Source: Macrostomum lignano
Taxonomy: Eukaryota
Length of the DNA stretch: 64,000 nucleotides
Reading direction: 5' to 3'
NCBI GenBank assembly: GCA_002269645.1
Contig: NIVC01002688.1
Location: 62,001 to 126,000 of the forward strand
How positions within the stretch are numbered: position 1 is the stretch's first letter; each line of letters starts with the position of its first letter. The position numbers were made by a program, and so were the translations under genes. Positions 63,705-64,000 of this stretch are shown one piece after another. Below the pieces are notes generated by a model. The model had not been told where the DNA came from and did no database searches. It worked only from the letters and a program-made list of their open reading frames with translations.

Positions 63705-63930
63705 GCGCTGAATTCGGGGCAGCCTCATCACTGCGAATCGGGACAGCCTCATCACTGCAATTCAGGACAGCCTCATCACTGCGAATCGGGACAGCCTCAT
63801 CACTGCGAATCGGGACAGCCTCCTCATTGCGAATCAGGACAGCCTCATCACTGCGAATCGGGACAGCCTCCTCATTGCGAATCAGGACAGCCTCATCACT
63901 GCGAATCGGGACAGCCTCATCACTGCAATT
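63705..63930. repeat. 24-bp minisatellite (cagcctcatcactgcgaatcggga, ~9 copies) in ABCA-C intron 1
   Basis: Directly visible. Confidence 0.93.
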
Positions 63931-63942
63931 CTGGCTGGTTAA

Positions 63943-64000
63943 GGAGGCCGTAGCCCAGTGGTCAAGTGCGGCGCTCTTATGTGCCAGCGGCCCAGGCTCA
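63943..64000 (+). mobile_element. tRNA-like head (probable tRNA-derived SINE), cut by the window end
   Basis: GGAGGCCG-TAGCCCAGTGG-TCAAG... is a Pol III A-box-like motif. The window ends in GGCTCA, which would begin a B box (GGTTCRANNCC). Confidence 0.35.

Overview
Eukaryotic (animal) genomic DNA, not prokaryotic. It has GT-AG introns, GC3-rich exons and many intronic minisatellites, a style consistent with a free-living flatworm such as Macrostomum (inference only). Left to right: a CpG-eroded spliced pseudogene fragment (1-840, -); a 4-exon class A GPCR (3190-7215, +); an intronless class A GPCR (11954-13126, +); a two-domain phosphoethanolamine N-methyltransferase (15268-17322, +); a claudin/PMP22-like tetraspan gene (18641-19609, -); and three full-size ABCA transporter paralogs arranged -,+,-. 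These are called A (20656-31226), B (33162-44543, with probable tail exons to about 48.6 kb) and C (50522 to beyond the window end). There are also about 17 tandem arrays and small LINE/SINE remnants. No CRISPR array or rRNA is present. The longest ORFs in the track (1003 and 1064 aa) are satellite artefacts. Most interesting: (1) an intronic array of about 76 copies of a 26-nt unit that reads as a mini-intron or recursive splice site (pyrimidine-rich CAG|GTRAGT); (2) patchwork homogenisation, introns included, among the inverted ABCA paralogs, a geometry that could swap gene halves by inversion; (3) a PEAMT whose second domain has lost the known catalytic and phosphate-binding residues; (4) a sharply bounded CpG-depleted domain at the left end. 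All counts and alignments are manual.
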